Assembly: GCA_963815095.1 (NCBI GenBank)
Contig: CAWFFH010000001.1
Location: 32,001 to 96,000 of the forward strand
Direction: 5' to 3'
Length of the DNA stretch: 64,000 nt
Origin: Candidatus Bathyarchaeota archaeon
GTDB lineage: Archaea; Thermoproteota; Bathyarchaeia; Bathyarchaeales; Bathycorpusculaceae
Shown here piece by piece: positions 19,282 through 29,370 of this stretch (the first letter of the stretch is position 1; the number at the start of each line of letters is the position of its first letter). The notes under the pieces were generated by a model. The model was not told where the DNA came from and searched no databases. It saw only the letters and a list, made by a program, of their open reading frames with translations. A program made the position numbers and the translations under genes.

Positions 19282-21054
19282 TTGAGCAGTGAAGCTAAAT
19301 GTTCCAAACCGCAGTGCGACAAGTTTGTTGCAGTTAATGAGTTAGCTAAGCGTAGAGGGTTTTTCTGGTCCAGCTTTGAGATTTATGGGGGTAGCGGCGG
19401 CTTTGTCACTTATGGTCCATTGGGCACACGCCTAAAACAGAATATCGAGGCGAAACTGAGAGAATTATTTGTCAAGAAAATTGGGATTTACGAGATGGAA
19501 TCCTCGGTTATAGCGCCGGGAAAAGTTTTCGAGGCTTCTGGCCATGTAGATCACTTCAAGGAGCCTATGGTGGAGTGCCAAAACTGCCACCAACGCTTCC
19601 GAGCTGACCACTTACTTGAGGAAAAAGGAATCAGTTCTGCAGAAGCAGAGAAAATGACGCTTGAAGATGTCGCGCAGGAAATCGAGCGGCACGGTGTTGT
19701 TTGTCCTGATTGCAAGGGCAAGTTCGGTGAACCCCAACGGTACTTGACAATGTTCCAAACAACCATTGGTCCTTACTCTGGTGCAGTTGGTTACGGCAGA
19801 CCCGAAGCTGCACAGAACATCTTCGTTGAGTTTAATAGGCTATTTACAACTGCACGCGAACGACTGCCATTTGGGTGTATCCAGATTGGGCATGCGTTAC
19901 GCAACGAAATTTCTCCTCGCCAAGGCCTAATCCGCCTCCGAGAATTCACGATTGCTGACTTAGAATTCTTCTTTGATCCCGAAGAACCCCGCTGCGATAG
20001 GATAACCGAAGTTGAAAACGAGGTTTTGCCAATCCTGCTCTGTGAAACGCGGCTTAAAGAATGCGAAGACATAACAAACTTCACAGTTCGCGAGGCCTTG
20101 GACAAAAAAGTTATCCGCAGTGAGTGGCAAGCGTTCTTTATGGCTATGGCCAAACGTTTGCTTTCTGAACTTGGTGTTCCCGCAAACAAACAACGGTTTA
20201 TCGAAAAACTCACTTGGGAAAAAGCACACTACAGCAGCCAAAGCTTCGACCAAGAAGTGCTCGTGGATCGTTGGGGTTGGGTGGAGGTTTCTGGGCATGC
20301 TTACCGCACCGACTACGATTTGAACTGCCACATGAAAGCAAGCGGCGTCGATATGACCGTTTACAAAGAATACGCTACCCCAATTGAGAAAGAAGAGCTT
20401 ACAGTAAAGCCGATTATGGCTAAGCTTGGACCAGTCTATAAAGGCGAAGCAGGCAAAGTTGCAACTGCGTTAGCTAAGGTGCCTGCTCAGCAAGTGGCAG
20501 ATGAAATGGCAAAAGACGGCAGCTTCATGATTGAAGGCTACCAATTTTTCCCCGAACAAGTTGACATCGGCAAGCAGAAAACCATAGTCCGCGGCACACG
20601 CTTCGTACCCCACGTGGTTGAACCCAGCTTTGGCTCAGACAGACTATTCTATGTAGCTTTAGAGTATGCTTACACCGTAAAAGATGACCGTGTCGTTCTC
20701 AGTTTTCCACGCAGCATCGTGCCTATCCAAGTTGGCGTTTATCCACTTATGGGCAAAGACGGCTTAGACACCAAAGCCAAAGAAGTGCAGAAGCTGTTGA
20801 CAGGTGAGGGTTTTATGACTGAATATGATGAGACAGGATCGATTGGCAGGCGATACGCGAGAGCGGACGAAGCAGGCGTACAATTTGGAATAACCATTGA
20901 CTATGACACTTTAAACGACAGCACAGTAACTATACGCGATCGCGACAGCTGGCAACAAATCCGAATCGCAATCAAAGATTTGCCTGAGCAATTGCATAAA
21001 TACTTTGAAGGTAAACTAAACTTTGAACAACTTGGCAGCATTATCAAAGGTTAA
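19282..21054 (+). CDS. glyS: Glycyl-tRNA synthetase (archaeal/eukaryotic alpha2 type)
   Basis: RRGFFW.SFEIYGG, ASGHVDHF, RPEAAQNIF, RNEISPRQGLIRLREF, AHYS, VVEPSFG.DR, SIGRRYARADE. Confidence 0.96.
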   Translation: MSSEAKCSKPQCDKFVAVNELAKRRGFFWSSFEIYGGSGGFVTYGPLGTRLKQNIEAKLRELFVKKIGIYEMESSVIAPGKVFEASGHVDHFKEPMVECQNCHQRFRADHLLEEKGISSAEAEKMTLEDVAQEIERHGVVCPDCKGKFGEPQRYLTMFQTTIGPYSGAVGYGRPEAAQNIFVEFNRLFTTARERLPFGCIQIGHALRNEISPRQGLIRLREFTIADLEFFFDPEEPRCDRITEVENEVLPILLCETRLKECEDITNFTVREALDKKVIRSEWQAFFMAMAKRLLSELGVPANKQRFIEKLTWEKAHYSSQSFDQEVLVDRWGWVEVSGHAYRTDYDLNCHMKASGVDMTVYKEYATPIEKEELTVKPIMAKLGPVYKGEAGKVATALAKVPAQQVADEMAKDGSFMIEGYQFFPEQVDIGKQKTIVRGTRFVPHVVEPSFGSDRLFYVALEYAYTVKDDRVVLSFPRSIVPIQVGVYPLMGKDGLDTKAKEVQKLLTGEGFMTEYDETGSIGRRYARADEAGVQFGITIDYDTLNDSTVTIRDRDSWQQIRIAIKDLPEQLHKYFEGKLNFEQLGSIIKG

Positions 21055-21126
21055 GTAGCTAACTTTTTTAATGCACACGCAAATAGTAAAAGTGAATATT
21101 AGGTTGTTATAAAAGAGGGAAAATGT

Positions 21127-21786
21127 TTGGTACTTCCAGCAGAAACAGAAGAGCGAGTGAAACGGCGAGCTTTGAATGCTTGTCAAGATAACTTACGTAA
21201 GGTTGTAGATGTTTCAAGAAAAATCCCTCAACTAGTCGAGTACTTTGCAAGCGGCGACAAAGAAAACGCCCGCAAACTGTTCAGTGAAATCAAAACAGGC
21301 GAAGAAGAAGTTATCAAAGCAAGACGCATGGTGTCACAAGAACTAGCTGAAATAGGCGCCATTTTGATTGCTCGAGAAGACTTTTTAAGATTTACTAACT
21401 TATCAAGCGAAATAGCTGATTTCTCCGAAGGAATCGCATATTACCTTGTCGAAATCATGGAGCATAATTGGGTCATATCGCCAGAAGTCAAAAAAGACAT
21501 CCTAAAACTCTCCCTTGCCGTATTGGACTCTGTACTTAAACTCCGTGAAACCATGATGGTGCTAAACTATGGTCCACAAAAAACCCTAGAACGCGCCAAA
21601 GACGTAGAAATCGCCGAACGCATCGTTGACGACCAATACCGCATCCTAACAATTAAGGTTCTAGGCAGCAAATTCGAAGTACCCGTACTTCTGCTTCTAA
21701 GAGATGTTCTACAGCTTTTGGAGAACTCGGCTGACAAAGCCGAAGATGCAGCCGACGCCGCCCGCACAATCTCCTTCATCATGTAA
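21127..21786 (+). CDS. DUF47/PhoU-like helical protein (phosphate transport regulator family)
   Basis: Two helical repeats: E.E...RR, REDFLR, IADFSE, E...DD, LE..ADKAEDAAD. Confidence 0.8.
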   Translation: MVLPAETEERVKRRALNACQDNLRKVVDVSRKIPQLVEYFASGDKENARKLFSEIKTGEEEVIKARRMVSQELAEIGAILIAREDFLRFTNLSSEIADFSEGIAYYLVEIMEHNWVISPEVKKDILKLSLAVLDSVLKLRETMMVLNYGPQKTLERAKDVEIAERIVDDQYRILTIKVLGSKFEVPVLLLLRDVLQLLENSADKAEDAADAARTISFIM

Positions 21787-21800
21787 CAAGAGCGAGTGAG

Positions 21801-22355
21801 ATGCCAAAAACACAGGTTGAACTCATCGAGAACTTCCTTGTTGTATGGAACCCAAAAGAAGGCTCTGAACTCTACAAAACCGCCTACTACGGCAAACCCG
21901 TCGGCATCCCCAAACCAAAAGTTCCCGATTTTGATGTGCCCCTAATTTTGGATTTAATGGAGGGTCTCTATCTTGTCGAGGTTGAACGCATTGAAGTCTA
22001 CGAGAACTCCAACCAAAACTTGGTCAGTCTAAAAAAGCTGCGGCATAAAGCCAAGCAACTCTACGACGGTTTCGAGGAAAAATACGCTGTTTACCATGAC
22101 CTCCGAGACAGCGGCTTAATCGTGACTCCGGGCATAAAATTTGGATGTGATTTCGCCGTTTACAAATACGGTCCAGGTGTGGAACATGCACCCTACATGG
22201 TCACCGTTAAAAAAGCAGGTAGCGAAATCTCTGCCACAGAAATCGTCAAAAACGGCAGGTTAGCGACGACCGTTCGTAAACGTTTCATTATTGCAGTGCC
22301 AGATTTGGCTTCTAAGGAAATTCAGTATTTGATTTTTAAATGGTTTAAAGCTTAA
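21801..22355 (+). CDS. endA: tRNA-splicing endonuclease, catalytic subunit
   Basis: VY.DLRD.G..V.PG.KFG.DFAVY..GPG.EHAPY and RLATTVRK, giving the Tyr/His/Lys catalytic triad. Confidence 0.93.
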   Translation: MPKTQVELIENFLVVWNPKEGSELYKTAYYGKPVGIPKPKVPDFDVPLILDLMEGLYLVEVERIEVYENSNQNLVSLKKLRHKAKQLYDGFEEKYAVYHDLRDSGLIVTPGIKFGCDFAVYKYGPGVEHAPYMVTVKKAGSEISATEIVKNGRLATTVRKRFIIAVPDLASKEIQYLIFKWFKA

Positions 22356-22367
22356 CGAAAAATCAAC

Positions 22368-22901
22368 TTATCTTTGTTCAATCATTTTCTTTATGTTTGT
22401 TATATCTTTCTTTAGGAGTCTTTGCTGGTTTTCCTTGTATTTATCGATCGTCAAAACGGTAAGGGCTTGATTTATCTTGTTGTCGTATTTGCTTGTTTCC
22501 TTTAGCACGTTGGCTAATCCTTGGATTGCTTGCCGTGCAGTTATGAATTTTTCATCCACACAGCAGCCTAGATATTTGTCAATGGTTTTGCTGAATTTGC
22601 CATCGTTGTCCCATTTTATGTTTTCAGCGATAAGCATAAGCCCTAAACTTCGCTGGTAAGAGTTGGAGCTGTCCAGTTTTTTCTCAAGCTCATCCCAATG
22701 GGAATAGACAAGGGAAAACAGACGGGAATTCGCCTGCAATAAAAGAAAAGTGTTGTACCTGACGGCGTCGTCTTTTTCAGTTAAGGTTGCCACAAGAAAA
22801 TCTACGTCGCATTCTGACAGCTTTTTTGCAAGGTCAGGTATCTCGTTTTTCGACAAATTTTTTAACCCATTGATATCCATGGATTTTCTTCCCTTTATCA
22901 T
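22368..22901 (-). CDS. Helical-repeat (HEAT/ARM-like) hypothetical protein
   Basis: L..KDD.VRY..F..L, L.S.NSYQRS.GL.LIA, DEKFITARQAIQ.L pattern. Confidence 0.6.
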   Translation of the reverse strand: MIKGRKSMDINGLKNLSKNEIPDLAKKLSECDVDFLVATLTEKDDAVRYNTFLLLQANSRLFSLVYSHWDELEKKLDSSNSYQRSLGLMLIAENIKWDNDGKFSKTIDKYLGCCVDEKFITARQAIQGLANVLKETSKYDNKINQALTVLTIDKYKENQQRLLKKDITNIKKMIEQR

Positions 22902-22947
22902 ATTTTTCTATGGTTTTCTGTTAAGAGGATAAAATGGGAAGCTGCTT

Positions 22948-24252
22948 TTAGTTTGCGCTAATTGTTTGGTTTTGGAATTCTCCCCGGATGGTTTGGTGGG
23001 GATAAATTTTGGTTGCCGTCAACGAGCAGCCTTCTTCAAGTACAACATCGTCGGCAATTACGCTGACCGCAGATATTTTTGTGGGTTTAAGGCAACTTGA
23101 GTTAATAGCAACGTGTCTGCCGATAATGCTGTCATAGATTTCAGCATTTTCGCCGATTATAACTCGGTCCATAACCGCTGAGTTTGCGACAACGACATTT
23201 TTGCCTATTCTCGTGAAGTCATCTATGCATGAATTAACGATTCGTGCGCCATCCTCGATTTGGCAGTGTCGCCCAATTAACACAGCTCCTTCAATTTGGA
23301 TTTTTTTTTGCTTAATTTTCTGGATAATCTCTTGGCGGCGTTTCTCTGAATCGGCACTCTCACCCTGTACCCAAATAGGCGTTTCTTTGTTTAATCTGCC
23401 GCCAAAGTCTCGAAGAGTTGAAAATCCGCCTCCCAACAGGTTCTTCATGGCTTCCAAGTAACTCTTTGGGGTACCCACGTCAAACCAGCTGCCTTTGAGA
23501 GTGTAACCAAACACCGGACGCCCAGTTGAAATAACGTAAGGAATGAAGTCGTAACCGAAGTCCAAACGATTTTTTTCTTTGATTATTTGTTGGACGCCTT
23601 TTTCTTTGAAAATCTTCCGCATTTCAGGCGAGAGCACATACAAGCCTGTGTTGGCAAGGTTGCTTGGGGCATCTTTAGGTAAGGGTTTTTCAACGAAACG
23701 TTTTATGCGGCAGTCTTTGTCGATATCCGCTATGCCTAAACCCTCAACGTTGTCAACTTCACGAAGTACAATGGTTAAGGCTGAGCATTTTTCTTTGTGG
23801 AAGTCAATTAGGTTTTTGACTTTTATGTCAAAGATATTGTCGCCTTGCACTGCGAAGATGGGGTTCGTTAGTTCGTAGTACTCCATATTTATTCGTGCGG
23901 AGTCAGCGCTGCCGAGGTCGGGGACGTTGGGCTGGTATTTTATGTGGACGCGGGGTTTGATGTTGTACCTGGCGGAGAATCCAACGCCGGATTCAAAGTA
24001 GTCGTAGAGGTCTCGGTAGTTGGTGTAGCCTTTGACGCCGAATATGAAGTTGCGAATTCCCTGGCTTGCCAGAGACAGAAGTGAAAACTCCACGAGTGGC
24101 CTGTTTAATAAGCGTAGGCATGCTTTGCTGGTTTCCGCTGTTAAGGGTAGAAGGCGGGTGGCTTTGCCGCCGACGGGTATGATTACTCGGATTTTTTCTG
24201 GAGCATAGTTGTCTCCGACAAGGGGGGCGTAATGGTCACTCAAGTAATTCAC
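22948..24252 (-). CDS. Sugar-1-phosphate nucleotidyltransferase (NDP-sugar synthase) with left-handed beta-helix C-terminus
   Basis: GGKATRLLPLT...SK, QGDN, FVEKP, ANTGLY, WFDVGT; hexapeptide repeats at the C-terminus. Confidence 0.88.
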   Translation of the reverse strand: MNYLSDHYAPLVGDNYAPEKIRVIIPVGGKATRLLPLTAETSKACLRLLNRPLVEFSLLSLASQGIRNFIFGVKGYTNYRDLYDYFESGVGFSARYNIKPRVHIKYQPNVPDLGSADSARINMEYYELTNPIFAVQGDNIFDIKVKNLIDFHKEKCSALTIVLREVDNVEGLGIADIDKDCRIKRFVEKPLPKDAPSNLANTGLYVLSPEMRKIFKEKGVQQIIKEKNRLDFGYDFIPYVISTGRPVFGYTLKGSWFDVGTPKSYLEAMKNLLGGGFSTLRDFGGRLNKETPIWVQGESADSEKRRQEIIQKIKQKKIQIEGAVLIGRHCQIEDGARIVNSCIDDFTRIGKNVVVANSAVMDRVIIGENAEIYDSIIGRHVAINSSCLKPTKISAVSVIADDVVLEEGCSLTATKIYPHQTIRGEFQNQTISAN

Positions 24253-24481
24253 CGGTTATGCTCTTAGGTTGCACGCTAAGTCTTTTAATGTTTCTCATAA
24301 AAATATTAGCAGAATAAGCTATTTTTCAGATCTTTTATACTAAATAGGCAAAATTTAGGTAGAATATTGAAAAACGCTACTTTTATTAGCACATCTATTG
24401 TTAACTTTAAAGGGGGTAAGTTACCCTACATTTCTATTTTTGGGCAATTTATTCCACAAATTTAAGGAAGAAAAGAAGAAA

Positions 24482-27127
24482 ATGCAAATTGTAAAGCACA
24501 AAAATCTTGCTTTAATACTGTCTACGATTTTAGCTATTTCAATGGCATTTGCAATAGTGCCCCTTCCAACTGCAAACGCACATACACCACCTTGGCAAAT
24601 TCCAACCTTTGCGTATGTTCAGGTGGCACCCAACCCGGTGGGTGTCGGTCAGCCAGTGCATGTTTTTATTTGGCTCAACGTTCCTCATGACGGTGCAGCA
24701 GTAACAAACGATTACAGATTTCATAATTACCTACTAAACATTACAGCGCCTAATGGTATAACAACGACAACTTCATATGCTAATATCCAAGATACGACAT
24801 CTTCCCAATACTTCATAGTGACTCCTGACCAAATTGGAACATACATTTTTAACTTCACTTTCCCAGGAAACAACATTAATGACTACAGCCACGCGAACGA
24901 TGCATTCGTAAATGACACCTACCTGCCAAGCTCAGCATCCACTACACTTATAGTTAAACAAGAACCTCTGCCAGACCCAATCGGTAGCTATCCGCTTCCT
25001 CAAGAATATTGGACAAGACCAATCTACGGTGAAAACAACTTCTGGTGGACGATTTCATCCAATTGGTTAGGTCAAGGAGCACCTGGCTACGCTGGCGTCA
25101 ACAGACCAGGAGCAAGACAACAAAGCTTTCCAGGCGATGCCGTAGGACCACAAACCGCTCATATCATGTGGACTAAACCACTCCAAACTGGAGGAGTCGT
25201 TGGAGGAAACAACTTCGCAATACAAGGAAACACATACTTTGAAGGATCCGCCTACAACCAAAGATTTGCCAACCCCATAATTCTGAACGGAAAACTGTAC
25301 TATACTGAAACTGTGTCTTTCACCGGTACCCCCAATAACGGCTTTGGAAGTGCAGGTCCGATCGGTCCAACTGACTGTATTGATTTACGCACGGGACAAA
25401 TTCTTTGGTCTCGCAGTGATGTTCCTCCGCTTTCATTCGGCTACATATATGACCTCGAAGACCCTAACCAACACGGAGTTTACCCCGCAATTCTTTTCAC
25501 AAGCAACTTTGCACGTGCTTTCGACGCAGATACAGGAACCGCATTGTTTAATGTGACAGGTGTTCCAACAGGCACATTAGCAAAGGGTCCACAAGGAGAA
25601 CAATTAAGGTATGTAATATCAAATATAGGCACCACAGCGAACCCAAATTGGACGCTAGCTGAGTGGAATTCGACAAAAATCTGGTCATTTGCAAGTACAA
25701 ATCCTGGACTTAATTATACAGGTCCAATTGACGGAAGCATTTCAGATTTAAACAATCCCAGCACTCGATATGACTGGAATGTCTCAATACCTTGGCGCGC
25801 AAGCATGACAGCAACAACAGTCTTCAACGGTTTCTACAACAACATGTTACTTTGCTATAACGGCTCTTTGCCAAATGTGTTTAACGCCCTTACACTAACT
25901 CCATACACATACTTCGCGGTCAACCTTAACGCCTCTCGACCAGGATACAAAATAGGTGATTTACTATGGACAAACACAGTTAATCCATCATCAAACAACG
26001 TCAGCATCAACGTAGGAGACTCAGATCCAATCGCAGGTGTTTTCGTTGAAGGATACCGCGAGACAACACAATGGGTTGGATACAGTATGACTACAGGAGC
26101 AAAACTTTGGGGTCCAACAGCAGGGCAATCACCATGGGACTACTATGGCAATACAGGCGTCTCCATCGCCCAAGGAGCAGCTGCCTACGGCAACCTCTAC
26201 AGTAGTGGATTTGGCGGAATAACCTACTGCTATGATTTAACAAATGGTCAACTACGCTTCACATATGGCAATGGCGGACCAGGCAACAGCACTAACAGCG
26301 GCTTTTACACAGCTTACGGCGACTACCCAACCTTCATAACAGCAATTGGCGACGGAGTGATCTACCTGATTAGTACTGAACACACAGCCACCTCTCCGAT
26401 TTACAAAGGCGCCTTGGCACGTGCAATCAACGCTACAGATGGAACAGAAATATGGACCCTATCAGATTATACTTCAACACTAGCAGGTCCAGGTTCCTCA
26501 CCCACAAGCTACGCAATTGCCGATGGATATGCAACTTTCTTCAATGGCTATGACAACCAAATCTATAGCGTCGGCAGAGGACCAACAGGCATTTCAGTTG
26601 ATGCCTCAAAGCTTCAGACCATCGGAGGCAGCGTCGTCATTACTGGTCGATTAACGGATGTTTCTGCAGGTACAAAACAAGATGAGCAAGCCTCACGATT
26701 CGCTAATGGGGTTCCATGCGCTTCTGACGCCAGCATGAAAGACTGGATGGGCTATGTTTACCAGCAAAAACCATTGCCCACCAACTTTACAGGGGTTCCA
26801 GTAACCATAGATGTCGTAGATTCTAACGGCAACTACCGAAACATTGGAACTGCCACCACCGATGCAAGCGGCGAATACAGCCTTGTATGGGCACCCGACA
26901 TCCCAGGAACATACAATGTCGTTGCTACTTTCCACGGAACCAATGGCTACTGGCAATCATACACAGAAACAACATTTAACGTAATGCAAGCAGCCGCTAC
27001 CCCAACGTCACCAATATCTGCACCAACGTCAAACACTGACATGTACATATTAGGCTCCGCAATTGCCATCATAATTGTGGTAATCATTGTCGGCGCAGCA
27101 ATAATTTTGATGCAAAGAAAAAGATAG
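24482..27127 (+). CDS. Large secreted PQQ-like beta-propeller surface protein with C-terminal TM anchor
   Basis: Signal peptide; repeated D..TG...W blades; PNPVGVGQ and YWTRPI motifs; Ig-like C-terminal domain, TM helix and QRKR tail. ATG at 24482. Confidence 0.78.
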   Translation: MQIVKHKNLALILSTILAISMAFAIVPLPTANAHTPPWQIPTFAYVQVAPNPVGVGQPVHVFIWLNVPHDGAAVTNDYRFHNYLLNITAPNGITTTTSYANIQDTTSSQYFIVTPDQIGTYIFNFTFPGNNINDYSHANDAFVNDTYLPSSASTTLIVKQEPLPDPIGSYPLPQEYWTRPIYGENNFWWTISSNWLGQGAPGYAGVNRPGARQQSFPGDAVGPQTAHIMWTKPLQTGGVVGGNNFAIQGNTYFEGSAYNQRFANPIILNGKLYYTETVSFTGTPNNGFGSAGPIGPTDCIDLRTGQILWSRSDVPPLSFGYIYDLEDPNQHGVYPAILFTSNFARAFDADTGTALFNVTGVPTGTLAKGPQGEQLRYVISNIGTTANPNWTLAEWNSTKIWSFASTNPGLNYTGPIDGSISDLNNPSTRYDWNVSIPWRASMTATTVFNGFYNNMLLCYNGSLPNVFNALTLTPYTYFAVNLNASRPGYKIGDLLWTNTVNPSSNNVSINVGDSDPIAGVFVEGYRETTQWVGYSMTTGAKLWGPTAGQSPWDYYGNTGVSIAQGAAAYGNLYSSGFGGITYCYDLTNGQLRFTYGNGGPGNSTNSGFYTAYGDYPTFITAIGDGVIYLISTEHTATSPIYKGALARAINATDGTEIWTLSDYTSTLAGPGSSPTSYAIADGYATFFNGYDNQIYSVGRGPTGISVDASKLQTIGGSVVITGRLTDVSAGTKQDEQASRFANGVPCASDASMKDWMGYVYQQKPLPTNFTGVPVTIDVVDSNGNYRNIGTATTDASGEYSLVWAPDIPGTYNVVATFHGTNGYWQSYTETTFNVMQAAATPTSPISAPTSNTDMYILGSAIAIIIVVIIVGAAIILMQRKR

Positions 27128-27167
27128 CCTCACTAAATAGCAAACAAATTCCTTCTTTTTTTATTGT

Positions 27168-27587
27168 TTAATTCTTAAGGGTTGGCAACCTTATCAGATG
27201 TATGCTTACCCCAACTGCGATTAGTAACAGAGCAACTTGGGCAATAAGAATCTCGTCTAATGCGATAAACGCTGAATAAATTATGCCAGCCCACAATAAA
27301 GTCAACACTATGATTTTTGTTTTGAAAGGAATCCCTCTGCCTTCCTGGTAGTTTCTGATGTATTCCCCAAACCACCTATTCTCTAACAGCCACTTATGCA
27401 TACGTTGAGAACTCCTCATGTAGCAGGCGGCGGAGAGCAGAAGAAAAGGTGTTGTGGGCAAAATGGGCAAGAAAACTCCAATGGCGCCTAACGCAAGGGA
27501 AAAAGTTCCTGCTACAATTAACAGCCACCTGACTATCTTTTGTTTGCTGCTTTTGGGAGTTGGGCTCTGTTGGGCGGTATTTTCCAT
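27168..27587 (-). CDS. YbaN (DUF454) family inner membrane protein
   Basis: LG.IGVFLPILPTTPFLLLSAACY.RSS.R...WLL....FG.YI. Confidence 0.92.
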   Translation of the reverse strand: MENTAQQSPTPKSSKQKIVRWLLIVAGTFSLALGAIGVFLPILPTTPFLLLSAACYMRSSQRMHKWLLENRWFGEYIRNYQEGRGIPFKTKIIVLTLLWAGIIYSAFIALDEILIAQVALLLIAVGVSIHLIRLPTLKN

Positions 27588-27702
27588 GGTTTTCGAATTG
27601 TTTAAGATTTCATCGTTTAATAAAAATCATGCGCATTCTTTTTAACATATGGAATTTTTATAACTACCCTCGACAGACTAAACTAACTAATAGGTTAACA
27701 GA

Positions 27703-28554
27703 ATGAACAAACTTAACGGTTTCATCCACTTAATGAGACCAGTCAACTGTATAATGATGGGTTTCGCCGTTTTCGTGGGCGCAGTTTTAGCCGCTTCCCA
27801 ACTTGGCAGCCTCAACTGGTTTAACATACTCTTTGGCTTCCTAACAGGTTTTACATTCTGCGCCGTCGCAATGGTCATAAACGACTATTACGATCGCAAA
27901 ATTGACGCCATCAACGAACCACAGAGGCCTATCCCAAGTGGCATAGTCAAACCCAATGAAGCCTTAATGTTCGTTGGAGTACTCGCTGTGGTGGGTTTTG
28001 TCTTCGCTGGTTTAGTGAGCTCTTTATGTTTTGTTGTGGCAGGAGCATCTCTAGCTATAACCGCAACGTACATTACTGTTGGTAAGAGAAGTGGGTTGCC
28101 TGGAAACTTTTTAGTCAGCATCTGCGTTGCTATCCCATTCATCTACGGCAGCATAACCGCTATAGGAACCGTCGGGTTGAATGTGCTATTATTTGCATCC
28201 ATGGCTTTCCTCTCAAACACGGGCAGAGAAATCACAAAAGGTATAGTGGACGTTAAAGGCGATAGCGCTGAAGGAGTAAAAACTTTGGCAGTGCGCTTTG
28301 GAGAAAAAATTGCAGCAGTTGTGGCGGTGGCATTTTTCATTTTTGCGGTGGCATTAACCCCTGTCACCTGGTTTTTAGGGCTTGTAGGATTCTGGTTTAT
28401 TCCATTTGTTTTAGTCACAGATGTGGGACTACTGATTTGTTCAGCGGTTTTGCTGATGGACCATTCACGAGAAAAAGCTCGAAGAATAAAAAAAGTAGTG
28501 TTATACCTGTTCTTAGTAGGGCTTCTGGCGTATATCTTTGGGGTTATTAAATAA
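27703..28554 (+). CDS. UbiA-family prenyltransferase, digeranylgeranylglyceryl-phosphate synthase-like
   Basis: LMRP.NC, INDYYD..ID.IN.P.RPIPSG, GN..V, REI.K...DV.GD...G..TL. Confidence 0.87.
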   Translation: MNKLNGFIHLMRPVNCIMMGFAVFVGAVLAASQLGSLNWFNILFGFLTGFTFCAVAMVINDYYDRKIDAINEPQRPIPSGIVKPNEALMFVGVLAVVGFVFAGLVSSLCFVVAGASLAITATYITVGKRSGLPGNFLVSICVAIPFIYGSITAIGTVGLNVLLFASMAFLSNTGREITKGIVDVKGDSAEGVKTLAVRFGEKIAAVVAVAFFIFAVALTPVTWFLGLVGFWFIPFVLVTDVGLLICSAVLLMDHSREKARRIKKVVLYLFLVGLLAYIFGVIK

Positions 28555-28564
28555 AAACAGAAAA

Positions 28565-29248
28565 TTACGCAGACATACGTGTGCCGCATTTTTTGCAAAA
28601 TGAAGCCTGCACTTTATTCTTGGCTCCGCAAGAACTGCAAGTTAACCCTGCAGAATTATCGTTTTCATCTTTTATTTTAATACCACAACTCTCATAGAAT
28701 ATGGCGTCAGCATCATTTTCTGAACCGCAATATTTGCACGCGAAAGGAGTCAATTCCGTATGCGGAGCCGTCAAAGTCAAATTGCCGATAATTGAGGTTT
28801 TACCTTTCAACTTTTCGATAGTTGGCAGTAAACTAGCAAGTTGCATAAACTGTTCTTGGTTGGGCGAGAATTTTGAAATACACTCTTTGCTTAAAATAAC
28901 AAACTTGGGTTTTTTCCCTAGAATTAACTTAATTTCCTCAATCTCTTCGTAAGTGTAAAAGCAGCTTTTTTTGCTAAGTTTTATTTTTTCGTCAAGAGGT
29001 AAACTGTTGATTTCTTCTTCTATTGTCTGCTTGTTTTTTCTTTGATCATCACTATTTATTGGTGCCTCAGGTGCAATTCCAAAAAGGAAAGAACGCTTCG
29101 GTGAAACGCCATTATCGAAACGTTTGCTGTGTCCCATGCAAACAATGGCAATTCGTTTGTCAGTAAAATAAACATCGTATCGGGTGGGTACGTCAAGCGG
29201 TATTAGAATGTCCTTGAGGACTCCAAGTTGGCGTTCAGAATCCGGCAT
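28565..29248 (-). CDS. Double zinc-ribbon domain protein
   Basis: C-terminal CKYCG.EN...AIFYESCG and CSSCGAKN...ASFCKKCG; one expected Cys is Tyr. Confidence 0.75.
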   Translation of the reverse strand: MPDSERQLGVLKDILIPLDVPTRYDVYFTDKRIAIVCMGHSKRFDNGVSPKRSFLFGIAPEAPINSDDQRKNKQTIEEEINSLPLDEKIKLSKKSCFYTYEEIEEIKLILGKKPKFVILSKECISKFSPNQEQFMQLASLLPTIEKLKGKTSIIGNLTLTAPHTELTPFACKYCGSENDADAIFYESCGIKIKDENDNSAGLTCSSCGAKNKVQASFCKKCGTRMSA

Positions 29249-29370
29249 GGTTTAAGCCAATACAGATTGTACCTGCTATATTCTTAAGCTTTGTCAGGTT
29301 CGAAGGGCGGGTGTATTGTCTTCGCTTTTCCTGTAGGCATTCAAGCTTTCCTTATCCTTTCCTTGTGGTT

